DNA of 63,628 nt, filler included, from Octopus bimaculoides (Eukaryota), in assembly GCF_001194135.2 (NCBI RefSeq). It is 3 parts of 3 records of this genome, joined end to end, with 100 filler letters (N's around TTAATTAATTAA, not from the genome) between each part and the next. Parts side by side here need not be neighbours in the genome. Positions count along the whole stretch, not along the records: positions 1 to 30,942 come from NC_068992.1; positions 31,043 to 59,616 come from NC_068998.1; 1 more part is not named here. The stretch is one strand, 5' to 3'. The translations under genes were made by a program, and so were the position numbers. Positions within the stretch are counted from its first letter, which is position 1; each line of letters starts with the position of its first letter. Below the pieces are notes generated by a model. It ran no database searches. It saw nothing but the letters and a program-made list of their open reading frames with translations, and was not told where the DNA came from. Shown piece by piece: positions 23,123 through 35,114 of the stretch.

Positions 23123-23603
23123 CCAACTTCAATCGTCAGGCAATATGCTGTGCTTGAGAAGATCTGTTGAGTCAAGTGAAATCGTTGTCATGGCTGAAGC
23201 CTGTGTCAGTGGCACATAAAAAGCACCATTCAAGTGTGGCCAGTGCCAGTGCACCTGTCTGGCTCCTGTGTTGGTGGCATGTAAAAAGCACCCACTACAC
23301 TCTCGGATTGATTGGCATTAGGAAGGGCATCAAGCTGTAGAAATCTTGCCAGATCAAACTGGAGTCTGGTGGAGCCTACTGGTTTGCCAGTCCTCAGTGA
23401 AACCGTCCAACCCATGCCAGCATGGAAAGCAGACGTTAAAAGATGATGATGATAATGATTGTTTAGTTTTAGAATGACATTGCCAGGTAGGTGGGAGAGG
23501 CCAAATCTGGCTAGTTTGAACATAAAACAGGTAAGAATATTTGGGCTAGACATGGCCAGTTTAAATGCTAAAGAGTTAAAGTCAATTTGTTCTGTTTGTA
23601 TAG

Positions 23604-23782
23604 CAGGCCACCAAAACCTAGGAACCCCCCACCGCCTTCTCGTCCTCAAAAACCGAAACCTCAGATGAAGCCACCTCCAAAACCAGCCCTTCCAACATGC
23701 CGTTGTCTCTATAGATACGATCCACAAAACACAGATGAATTGGCTTTTGAAGAAGGAGATATTATAGAAATTATCCATGAAG
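23604..23782 (+). CDS. MYO1E: Myosin-I exon, TH2 end plus SH3 N-terminal half ([59 protein letters not shown])
   Basis: TAG/CAG tandem acceptor (exon start 23604 or 23607) and G|GTAAGT donor. LY.YD.Q.TDEL.F..GDII.II is an SH3 signature. Confidence 0.95.
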
Positions 23783-23887
23783 GTAAGTTGATCTTATTGC
23801 CAATGATATTGTATTTCAGCTCAGTTTCCAGGTGAGTGAATTGAAGAAGTATTAGTTATCTTTAACATTGTTCCTGGTCATCGCCTT

Positions 23888-24221
23888 TATCACCTCCATC
23901 TTAGCAAAGGTGCAGGTACTGTTTTCAGTCATGTTTGTTTGTCTGTGGATGAGATATCTCAAGAAACGCTGGATGGATTCAAATGAAACTTTCAGGGATG
24001 TTTGGCCTCATGACTGGCATGAACTGATTAGATTTTGGGATTGATCCAGTACTGGACGAGGATTCTGGATTATTTTTCCTTAATTTCCGAGAGGAGTTGG
24101 GTTCGTTTTTTTTTTGTTTGTGAGAGCAGTCGAGTTTATTTCAGATATTCTCATTTTAAAAATCATCTCTGACTAATCATTGAGAGGATGTTGGTGTTGC
24201 CTTGGCGGAGGTTTGCACTCT
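23888..24221 (+). mobile_element. Helentron/DINE-1-like non-autonomous element (tentative)
   Basis: Subterminal IR acctcc / ggcggaggt, tgtttgtctgt tract and ggatggattcaaatgaaactt core. A related 3' end (cagacagacagacacacattctcattttt) lies at about 25640-25835. Confidence 0.45.
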
Positions 24222-24677
24222 TTGACTGCTCTTGTTCTACTTGTTATCATTTATAGTTTTCTCTTTTTGCTAAGGCAGTGAGCTTGGCAGAATCGTTAGC
24301 ACACTGTCATTTTGTCTGGTTTTATAGTCTGTCTTCAAATACCATTGAAGTCAGTTTTGCCTTTTGTCCTTTTGGGGTCGATAAAATAAGTACCAGTTGA
24401 GCACTGGGGTCGATGTAATCAACTTAACCCTCACCTGAAATTGCTGGCCTTGTGCCAAAATTAGAAACCATTATTTATAGTTTTTGTCTGTTTTCAATAC
24501 TCTCTGACTGTGTAGTTTCAGGTTCAGTCACACTGTGTGGTATCATGGTCAAGTATCTTCTGCTGTAGCCCTGAGCTGAGTTAACCAAAGCCTTGTGAGG
24601 AGATTTGGTAGATGGAAACTGGAAGAAGCCCATCATATATATACTGAGTGTGTGTGTGTGTGTATATATATATATCA

Positions 24678-24734
<57 letters not shown>

Positions 24735-25992
24735 NNNNNNNNNNNNNNNNNNNNNNNNNNNNNNNNNNNNNNNNNNNNNNNNNNNNNNNNNNNNNNNNNN
24801 NNNNNNNNNNNNNNNNNNNNNNNNNNNNNNNNNNNNNNNNNNNNNNNNNNNNNNNNNNNNNNNNNNNNNNNNNNNNNNNNNNNNNNNNNNNNNNNNNNNN
24901 NNNNNNNNNNNNNNNNNNNNNNNNNNNNNNNNNNNNNNNNNNNNNNNNNNNNNNNNNNNNNNNNNNNNNNNNNNNNNNNNNNNNNNNNNNNNNNNNNNNN
25001 NNNNNNNNNNNNNNNNNNNNNNNNNNNNNNNNNNNNNNNNNNNNNNNNNNNNNNNNNNNNNNNNNNNNNNNNNNNNNNNNNNNNNNNNNNNNNNNNNNNN
25101 NNNNNNNNNNNNNNNNNNNNNNNNNNNNNNNNNNNNNNNNNNNNNNNNNNNNNNNNNNNNNNNNNNNNNNNNNNNNNNNNNNNNNNNNNNNNNNNNNNNN
25201 NNNNNNNNNNNNNNNNNNNNNNNNNNNNNNNNNNNNNNNNNNNNNNNNNNNNNNNNNNNNNNNNNNNNNNNNNNNNNNNNNNNNNNNNNNNNNNNNNNNN
25301 NNNNNNNNNNNNNNNNNNNNNNNNNNNNNNNNNNNNNNNNNNNNNNNNNNNNNNNNNNNNNNNNNNNNNNNNNNNNNNNNNNNNNNNNNNNNNNNNNNNN
25401 NNNNNNNNNNNNNNNNNNNNNNNNNNNNNNNNNNNNNNNNNNNNNNNNNNNNNNNNNNNNNNNNNNNNNNNNNNNNNNNNNNNNNNNNNNNNNNNNNNNN
25501 NNNNNNNNNNNNNNNNNNNNNNNNNNNNNNNNNNNNNNNNNNNNNNNNNNNNNNNNNNNNNNNNNNNNNNNNNNNNNNNNGTGAAAGTATTTGACATGAG
25601 TGTTTTTGTTTCACTTTTGACACGTAATACTTAAATAGTGGAGGAGATATTATGTTGCCGTGGGCTCGAACTCTGCAAGAAGTTAAAATTTTTTTTGACT
25701 AAAACACAACTGGAACCCTAAGTAAGGCATCTGTAAAATTTGAATGAAATTGGTTGCGTAGTTCTCGAGTTTTAGGGATTCACACAGGCAGACAGACAGA
25801 CAGACACACATTCTCATTTTTATATATATAGATATATATCATCATCATCATCATCATCGTTTAACGTCCGCTTTCCATGCTAGCATGGGTTGGACGATTT
25901 GACTGAGGACTGGTGAAACCAGATGGCAACACCAGGCTCCAATCTAAATTTGGCAGAGTTTCTACAGCATATATATATATATATTAATAGTT

Positions 25993-26137
25993 ATCGCAAA
26001 GCCAACATGGCAGTCCGAAAAAAATAGGACAAATGCTGCCGTTGATTAGCTCCAAGAGGCCATCGCCTCTAGCTAGCTATGTGACACACGAACCTGTGTC
26101 CATTATAACCTTTGGACTGCCATGTTGGCTTGGCGAT
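25993..26137. repeat. MITE-like inverted repeat, 24-bp arms (23/24 matched)
   Basis: 25993-26016 versus 26114-26137. Confidence 0.8.
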
Positions 26138-26192
26138 GCCGTNNNNNNNNNNNNNNNNNNNNNNNNNNNNNNNNNNNNNNNNNNNNNNNNNN

Positions 26193-26232
<40 letters not shown>

Positions 26233-26305
26233 TACATTCATTTACAGCATTACATGATATATGTGTATATACACATGACATATATATACATATACATATA
26301 ATATA

Positions 26306-26529
26306 TGAAATAGTTGTATGCTGTCAACTTAATGTGACAGTCCCATGAAGGGAATGATACTACTGTTGTTTGGACCTAGGAAGCTGCACCGCTTCCTGTC
26401 AGCCTTGACACATTTCCTGTGTCCTGTCAAGGGCGACAGGAAGCTATGCAGCTTCCTAGGTCTAAACAACAGTAGTATTATTCCCTTTATGGGGCTGTCA
26501 CATTAAGTTGACAGTATACAACTACTTCA
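26306..26529. repeat. Long hairpin element, 105-bp arms, 14-nt loop
   Basis: 26306-26410 pairs with 26425-26529: 95 Watson-Crick, 5 G-T and 5 mismatches (counted by hand). Confidence 0.95.
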
Positions 26530-26788
26530 ATGTATCACTACTGCATAAATCTCTCTGAGAGATTTAGAAATATATTATTTCTAAACATATAATATATATA
26601 TATCTATAAAACTAAAGACACTATAAATACATGCTGATTCACCGAGTTCACCTTTGACCTCACAAGTCATAAGAACTAGTTATCTATTTTAGTTATCAAT
26701 CAATTGCCATTCATTAATGCAGTTTAACTGATTATTGTAATTATCTCTATCCTGTTGATGTCATTGCTCTATTTGCCAATCTTATATA

Positions 26789-26829
<41 letters not shown>

Positions 26830-27299
26830 TTGGATCCCTGATAACCAGAGATACACTCCTGGCTATTGTGAAAGTCAGTACAACTTGTGTATTGTTGTGT
26901 CATTGCGGATTCAACTGGGACCTCAACCAAGCTTGATTGGCTGTTAATGTGATTGTGGACATCCTAGCCATCCCAAACTATGAATATATATATATATATA
27001 TATATNNNNNNNNNNNNNNNNNNNNNNNNNNNNNNNNNNNNNNNNNNNNNNNNNNNNNNNNNNNNNNNNNNNNNNNNNNNNNNNNNNNNNNNNNNNNNNN
27101 NNNNNNNNNNNNNNNNNNNNNNNNNNNNNNNNNNNNNNNNNNNNNNNNNNNNNNNNNNNNNNNNNNNNNNNNNNNNNNNNNNNNNNNNNNNNNNNNNNNN
27201 NNNNNNNNNNNNNNNNNNNNNNNNNNNNNNNNNNNNNNNNNNNNNNNNNNNNNNNNNNNNNNNNNNNNNNNNNNNNNNNNNNNNNNNNNNNNNNNNNNC

Positions 27300-27332
<33 letters not shown>

Positions 27333-27337
27333 GTGCA

Positions 27338-27404
<67 letters not shown>

Positions 27405-27730
27405 CTTCAGCAATGAATCAGAAGTTGTACTAATGTAGTTTACATTATTGATCACACATATTCAATATATGTATTTTGTTTGTTTGTTGGTTTGCTGCAG
27501 TAAAGAACCTGTAGGATGACTCTTTCATTGCACTGGGTGTTAACACACCTGAAAATTACAGACAAGTGAGACAACTTACCCCTAATCCTATTTAGGAGTG
27601 ATGGATACCTATATTTCACCATTTTTGTGGTTTATCAACATCTCATACTGGAATGAAACTAGGGATGTACTGAATTGCCAGTTTATGATTACATATAAAT
27701 AATGTAAAAACTATTTACTGATATGTGAGT

Positions 27731-28160
27731 TGTAACTGTTGAGACTCATAGGTTTGTCCACTTGACCAGGTGTGTATGAAAAATTCTGTTGTTTATAAAG
27801 CAGAAGTCACAGTAATGCTTCAAGATAACCTAAGCAAACAAAAGAATCACATTGAGTTATATGAAGGTGATTTCAGAAAATGTTATGCGAACAACCTCTG
27901 TTCTTTCTGGTTTATCAGCAAAAAGAAAGTCACTAATATGGCTTGCCATGTATGAAGTTTGGAGACAAACTCCACACCACATTCAATGAGGTGGAAAATG
28001 GTAGAGAAATCCATGCCATATGTTAATGGGTCTAAGAACTGCAACTTATGTACAGCTGAAAGATCACATATTCTATTTTGATATAAGAATTCCACCAATC
28101 TACTGTATTACAAATCAGAAATTTTTAGCAAATGCATACATACAGATAAATTTCTTTTTA
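27731..28160 (+). mobile_element. Penelope-like GIY-YIG endonuclease relic
   Basis: One frame with 4 stops: CNC*DS*VCPLDQVCMKNSVVYKAEVT...NHIELYEGDFRKCYANNLCSF...V*SLET...WKMVEKSMPYVNGSKNCNLCTAERSHIL...KSEIFSKCIHTDKFL. Matches the CNC..CPL.G.C / W.I...A.PY..G.K.CNLC / ...SKCRH.NKF pattern. Confidence 0.82.
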
Positions 28161-28179
28161 AAAGCAGAAAAATTTTGTC

Positions 28180-28264
28180 GGCAGCCAGCCATGAGGATCG
28201 AACTCACATCCCTCTAATATCTGGTTAGAATGCTTTACCATTTAAGCTAAACTACCTGACTGCC
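28180..28264 (-). pseudogene. Degenerate tRNA-like sequence (tRNA pseudogene or isolated SINE head)
   Basis: D-arm gctt/aagc, anticodon stem tctaa/ttaga, T-arm gtgag-TTCGATC-ctcat. Anticodon loop is non-canonical and the acceptor stem imperfect. Confidence 0.5.
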
Positions 28265-28389
28265 AAATTCGTCTGTAATTTAAGAAGTTATAGAATCATC
28301 CAGGAACGCTAGATGTTGTATAGGTTACGCTGTATGTAAACAAACAAGTTTGTTTTTGGAAGCGCTGAAATGTATGGTAGAACAAGTAG

Positions 28390-28430
<41 letters not shown>

Positions 28431-29359
28431 NNNNNNNNNNNNNNNNNNNNNNNNNNNNNNNNNNNNNNNNNNNNNNNNNNNNNNNNNNNNNNNNNNNNNN
28501 NNNNNNNNNNNNNNNNNNNNNNNNNNNNNNNNNNNNNNNNNNNNNNNNNNNNNNNNNNNNNNNNNNNNNNNNNNNNNNNNNNNNNNNNNNNNNNNNNNNN
28601 NNNNNNNNNNNNNNNNNNNNNNNNNNNNNNNNNNNNNNNNNNNNNNNNNNNNNNNNNNNNNNNNNNNNNNNNNNNNNNNNNNNNNNNNNNNNNNNNNNNN
28701 NNNNNNNNNNNNNNNNNNNNNNNNNNNNNNNNNNNNNNNNNNNNNNNNNNNNNNNNNNNNNNNNNNNNNNNNNNNNNNNNNNNNNNNNNNNNNNNNNNNN
28801 NNNNNNNNNNNNNNNNNNNNNNNNNNNNNNNNNNNNNNNNNNNNNNNNNNNNNNNNNNNNNNNNNNNNNNNNNNNNNNNNNNNNNNNNNNNNNNNNNNNN
28901 NNNNNNNNNNNNNNNNNNNNNNNNNNNNNNNNNNNNNNNNNNNNNNNNNNNNNNNNNNNNNNNNNNNNNNNNNNNNNNNNNNNNNNNNNNNNNNNNNNNN
29001 NNNNNNNNNNNNNNNNNNNNNNNNNNNNNNNNNNNNNNNNNNNNNNNNNNNNNNNNNNNNNNNNNNNNNNNNNNNNNNNNNNNNNNNNNNNNNNNNNNNN
29101 NNNNNNNNNNNNNNNNNNNNNNNNNNNNNNNNNNNNNNNNNNNNNNNNNNNNNNNNNNNNNNNNNNNNNNNNNNNNNNNNNNNNNNNNNNNNNNNNNNNN
29201 NNNNNNNNNNNNNNNNNNNNNNNNNNNNNNNNNNNNNNNNNNNNNNNNNNNNNNNNNNNNNNNNNNNNNNNNNNNNNNNNNNNNNNNNNNNNNNNNNNNN
29301 NNNNNNNNNNNNNNNNNNNNNNAGCTAGTTTTAGGAACATGAATTTTGACTAAGGTTTC

Positions 29360-29760
29360 TTCTTTTACTTTTACTTGTTTCAGTCTTTTTGACTGTGGCC
29401 ATGCTGGAGCACCACCTTTAGTCGAGCAAATCAACCCCAGGACTTATTCTTTGGAAGCCTAGTACTTATTCTACCGTCGCTTTTCCCGAACCGCTAAGTT
29501 ACGGGGACGTAAACACACCAGCATCAGTTGTCAAGCGATGTTGGGGGGACAAACTAAGACACACAAACACATACACACATACATATACATATATACGACG
29601 GGCTTCTTTCAGTTTCCGTCTACCAAATCCACTCACAAGGCTTTGGTCGGCCCGAGGCTATAGTAGAAGACACTTGCCCAAGATGCCACGCAGTGGGACT
29701 GAAAACGGAACCATGTGGTTGGTAAGCGAGCTACTTACCACACAGCCACTCCTACGCCTA
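29360..29760 (-). mobile_element. CORE-like SINE family B, full-length, with internal microsatellite
   Basis: Tail, microsatellite, CORE (gacacttgcccaag) and tRNA head all present in reverse orientation. Confidence 0.88.
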
Positions 29761-30160
29761 TGGTGAAGATTTTAATTCAAAACTTATGGAAACAAGACCT
29801 TTATACTATAGAGCCTGAGGCAGTTTCAGCTGGATTGGTATCGAAAGGGTTAAGCTGTCTTTTACCAGAAGGATTGTCTCTCATTACTTTACAACTCTTT
29901 AATACCCCCCCCCTCTCTCTGTGTTTCTCTCCCATTCTTTTCATTTTGTCTAAGCCTCTCTTTCTCTCTTTCATTACTTCTCACCCTCCATTTCTCATGT
30001 TATAATCTACCTCTCACTCTCTCATTAGCTCTCACCCTTTCTTTGATCTCTCTCTCTCTCTCTTTCCTCTTCCTCTCTCATTCTCTCCTCTCACTTGGAG
30101 CCATACACATCTCTCTTTCAATAGTTCTTCCCCCTCCGATTCTCTCCTAGTCTTTCGCTT

Positions 30161-30194
<34 letters not shown>

Positions 30195-30495
30195 GCTCTT
30201 TCCCCTGCCCCACCAGCTTCTCATTCTTCAAGACACCCAAATCTGCTGCTATCTGATTAGAGGTTTGTGCAGACTGTCTGAGGAGAGGATTATCATAGAC
30301 ATGGAAAGAATTATGAAGATGAAACCAAAATGTCAATCAATGCACGTTCTATTGAATTCACTTTTGGCTTTCCTTTCATTGGAAACAATTATCTCTTAAG
30401 CATTATAAATGTGTGTGTATCTATATGTATGCATCTAAATATTCACATTTGTATGCACATATGTGTATGTGCATAGATATGCATATATGTGAAAC

Positions 30496-30531
<36 letters not shown>

Positions 30532-33064
30532 ACATATGGTATAATTATGAACAGGGCAAATTTTAGCCATTTCTCCACAGACAAAGATGATGATGAATTA
30601 CTTCAATCGATTTGTGAACCTTATTGGGTTCTCATCAGAGGCATCTACATCATTCTGACAGTCTCCAGATAAACAATCAACCAAACTGTTTATATACTCA
30701 ACAAATGCAGCAGGAGTCCCTAATTTGCATATACATATTTGTATGTATGTATGCATAGTTTTTTTATCAGTTAAGAGTTACGAAAGTGACTTAAGGGCTA
30801 ACAGTTTAAGATCTATACATACACACATATATACACTTATATATATATATATATATATAAGTGTATATATAAGTGTGTGTGTGTATTTATATATATAAGT
30901 ATATATATATATGTAATATATATATATGTAATATATATATATNNNNNNNNNNNNNNNNNNNNNNNNNNNNNNNNNNNNNNNNNNNNTTAATTAATTAANN
31001 NNNNNNNNNNNNNNNNNNNNNNNNNNNNNNNNNNNNNNNNNNATATATATATATGATGAAGAGAGGGTGATCTTGAGTTTTTGTCGTTGAACTTTGTCAA
31101 TGTTTTAGCAGGAATATGATTATCTTCAGACAGATGAAGCACGTCGTATTAAACATACAGCTAAAAGAAATAAGGTGTCAGCAGTTAAATTAAAAACCAA
31201 AAGAGAATAATCTAGTTAAACTTTCACTGGAAGTAGATGGTTCTGAAGAAGAGAGAGAAAAAATGTAAAATCGAAAAGCTGAACGTCAGATGGAGTGCGA
31301 GTGACAATGCCGAGCAAGTGACAGCTAGAGAGAAAAATGTTGAAGACGAGAATCAGTGAGTGAGTGAGCAAATAAGTGAGTGATTGAATCAGTGAGGGTG
31401 TGTGTCTGAGTGAGTGAGTGAGTGAGTGAGTGAGTGACTGAAGAAAATGAGGAAGACTGGAATGGGAAAACATTAAAGAAAAACATTACTTAATACAGAT
31501 GTGAAGTTTTGTACTTCAATGTAAAAGTATTTAGTGGAAGTCACAATAAGTACAAATTGAAAGAATTACACCAGGTGTTGTAAAACGAAATGAGATTAAG
31601 TTTTACTAAAGTGGTTACCCCTTCCAAACACGACAAATATTGAAGCAACAAAACAAAAATAAGGAAAAAGAAAAGAAGCGAACGATTTTATGGTAATGAA
31701 ATTATACAGAGTCTGTAAAATACATTAGTATTTCATTTAAGCCATGCGATGTCGCCACCTTAAACGCATTGCATTCCCTCTGTGAATAAAATCTAAGGTG
31801 GAATATGGTACACTTCAAACGAAAATATTTTTCGTTTATTTATTCTTTTACACATATGTTTAATTATTTATTTATTCTATATCGTCTCCGAGGAAATATT
31901 GAAAATATAATCTTTTATTCGTTGCTTACAAGGCAGCAATTTCAGGTTAGAAACAAAAGTCTCTAGTCAATGAATTAGTAAGATTTATAACCGTTCAAAT
32001 CCTTTTAAACAGATATCATGCAGATGAGGTATATAACTAACGCAAATTAGCACTGAGACAATTCTTGTCAGTGTAAATACAGTTATCATATAGATTGCTA
32101 ACATTTAGTAATGACAATTTATTTAGTATCGGGGGACAAACGAGAATTTATATGTCTGCTGTCCTCTCAGGTTTCTGCATTTGAATTATAAGTATTGTTT
32201 ATATTGTCTTAACATTCTGATTTTACTAAACTAAGAAGTAAGAATATTCTAGCGAAAGATTTTCAGATGTGAATGTAACAGACTTCTCTGCCAAAATTTG
32301 TTACGAGGAAATTATGCAGTTTCACGACATGACTCGAGATGTTTTCTGAAGAATTCTCAATAGTGAGTCACCTACTATTTCCTCAACAATCGAAGTGAAG
32401 GTAACACTTCCTCTGATAAAGTTAAATATTCATATATATATAGTTTCGTTTGAATACTTTTGTTGTTACTATATGCGGCCCTCACCTTGCATGTGTACAA
32501 GTGAACTATTAATGATCTGGACATCATCAAACTTGGAGTCTATCTTACTACCAAGTGAATTGGTAATGCTGTCTTAATGCATAGACACACTTGGCTCATT
32601 CACAGGGCCTCATGACTTTAGAGAGACGAATATATTATATTTATGCTCTTGATGAGTACAGAAGATCCCCAATTCATTAATTTGCGGAGTGTCGTATGTT
32701 TTTGTATTTTGTCCCATTTTACGAAACGAAACAAAAGGAAAAAAATAAAGGAATGAAGTAGCACTGCTGCTGGATATGGAAACTCGGACATCGGAATTGG
32801 TATTACATCACGTTTTATGCCAAGAATCCAATAATCTCATCAAAGTAGAAGAATAAAAATAGAAACCAGATGGGATATTTAATTCAAATTCAGAATTGAA
32901 AGTGAATACATTTCAAAACCATGCAAAAACATGGAATGAAATGATTGGAAAAATCTGACAGCTACATGATAATTAGAATAAGTTGAGCTATTGAACTGTA
33001 GAAATATTGCTACATGCAAATAACATATCAGAAGCTGTTTGAATACACACACACCCCCGCACAA

Positions 33065-33136
<72 letters not shown>

Positions 33137-33181
33137 NNNNNNNNNNATATATATATATATTATGTATATATATATATATAT

Positions 33182-33231
<50 letters not shown>

Positions 33232-34070
33232 CACGTACATACATATATGAATAAATATGTGCATATATACGTATTTGTGTGTGAGTAGGTGTGTGTATGT
33301 GTGTGTGTGTGTGTGTATTTATGTATGTATGTATGAATGTATGTATGCATGTATGTATGTATGTATGCATGTATCTATGTATGTATAATCCGGTGTGATT
33401 AATTTAATTTCGAAATACATCTCTTACGTGGAAAACACTTTTATTAATGTTGAAATTATAAGAAAATGAAACGTACTTCCTCCACCAACACCAACACCAA
33501 CATCGCCCACTACCACCACAACCACCACCAACACCACTATCAACAACATCAACAACAAGAAATAAATTAAATTATATCAATAGAAATTTTAAAATTACGA
33601 AATAAAACAGACAATCGAATAAATAATCGAATCAGATAAATTAGTTGCAACATCAAAGGGAAACCAAAGCAAATTATGTAAAAAGGAAAAGTATTTTATT
33701 CAAATTCTTAGATACAACACTACAAAATATTCTATTTAAATAAGAAAAAAAGGTGTAGTTAAAACAAACAAACAAAGGAACCATCGCTTTTACGTAGTAT
33801 GAAAGGCTTTTCCCAATATTTTTATTGAAACGAATATGGAAAACTCTCCAATATGAGGTAAGCAAAAGAGATTTAATGTCGTGTAGTAAAATAGAAATAT
33901 CAATAAGCTTTCTCGCATTATCTTTCATAATCTTGTCACGGAGAAATTGATTTAAAACATAGGTGACTATAAGTTCTACGATATTCTTCTACGACGACAA
34001 AACATGCTGTTGTAGATGAAAAATCAATAAAATATGTAGAAAACAATGCAATTATATGACCTTGGGGAGA

Positions 34071-34160
34071 AGTGGGGGTGAGAAAGTGAAAGATGGATAA
34101 AGTGGGGGAGAAAGTGAAAGATAGATGAAGTAGGGGAGAAAGTGAAAGATGGATGAAAAT
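34071..34160. repeat. ~28-30-bp purine-rich minisatellite, about 3 copies
   Basis: GTGGGGGAGAAAGTGAAAGATGGATGAA-like units. Confidence 0.8.
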
Positions 34161-34669
34161 GCGGGGTTTTGCTTTTGAGGCAATGTAACTCTCATACGTT
34201 TATCCAAACTACAAGAAACAAGCATTCATATCCACTCAAGCAGAAACGTTGAAGTGGCTATTTTCATAAAGTACTGTTCGACAGATCACTTGGCCACGGG
34301 TTCAAATCCTTTATTTACAGTACATCAATCCTATTATTTAATGGGTATTGCGCTAAAAAAGGAACTTTTAAATGAAACAGTAATAAATGAATAATAGGGC
34401 AAATGGGAAAATGGATTTCACTCCGATACCCCTAGTTGTACTGGACATTGCTCATAGTTATTCGGACGCATTTTTGCGGTCTAAGCGGAATCTTTGATTA
34501 ATTGTTGGCTCGTGTTATCACAGATCGATTCGTGAGGAGCGTAATCCAGTTCATCTTGGATCAGTGGTAGACAAATCACTTGTAAACTAGAATAGTTTAC
34601 AATAACGTAAATATTGTTAAATTTAGTGTTTATGGTTGTTATATCAGTCACTCGTTCCCTGTGCAAATG

Positions 34670-35064
34670 GCCAACTGGAGGCCCTGTTCGATCTTCATCT
34701 TCAAGGCTGAAATCTCCACTTCTGAATTTTGCAAACCATCTTCTTTAAGTTCTGTCATTCATTTTTTCCCATAAACTGAGTATATGTTTCGACTCGCTTC
34801 GGCTGCAGAGTTTCCTTTTTTGTACTCATTAAATCATTATGTGCATTAAATGCTCTTTGGATACTTCTGCTGTATTTGAAAGGGTTTTAATCAAAGAAAT
34901 TTTAATTCTATTATTCTCTAAAATAATATTTAATTAGTTTAAATGTACATAAATGCATAAAAATAATTTTTAATTCCATTAGACATTCTATTAGACATAC
35001 TATTGAATTTCATTCAATTTTAAAAAAGGTAAAATCGGACAGAGCTGTTGGGATGACCGGATAA
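34670..35064 (-). mobile_element. Mariner 5' end relic (TIR plus transposase N-terminus)
   Basis: Minus strand TA|ttatccggtcatcccaacagctctgtccgatttt is TIR-like. Translation KEHLMHIM..EYKKGNSAAEASRNIYSVYG...WFAKFRSGDFSLEDEDRTGPP matches mariner HTH. Confidence 0.82.
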
Positions 35065-35114
35065 TATATCAATCAATCTAATGTGTGGTAAGATGGATTG
35101 TATGTTTGAAAATA

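Noticed and set aside
23783-23835. Read-through of the SH3 exon into [17 protein letters not shown]
   Set aside because: The donor G|GTAAGT is a consensus site and the read-through peptide has no SH3 features.
30987-30998. TTAATTAATTAA island between N-runs
   Set aside because: The identical 12-mer occurs between N-runs at 59661-59672. It is a palindrome with stops in all frames and is most likely an assembly linker.
31109-31210. + strand exon-like stretch QEYDYLQTDEARRIKHTAKRNKVSAVKLKTKRE*
   Set aside because: No recognisable homology, wrong phase and content for the myosin terminal exon, and no linked exons.
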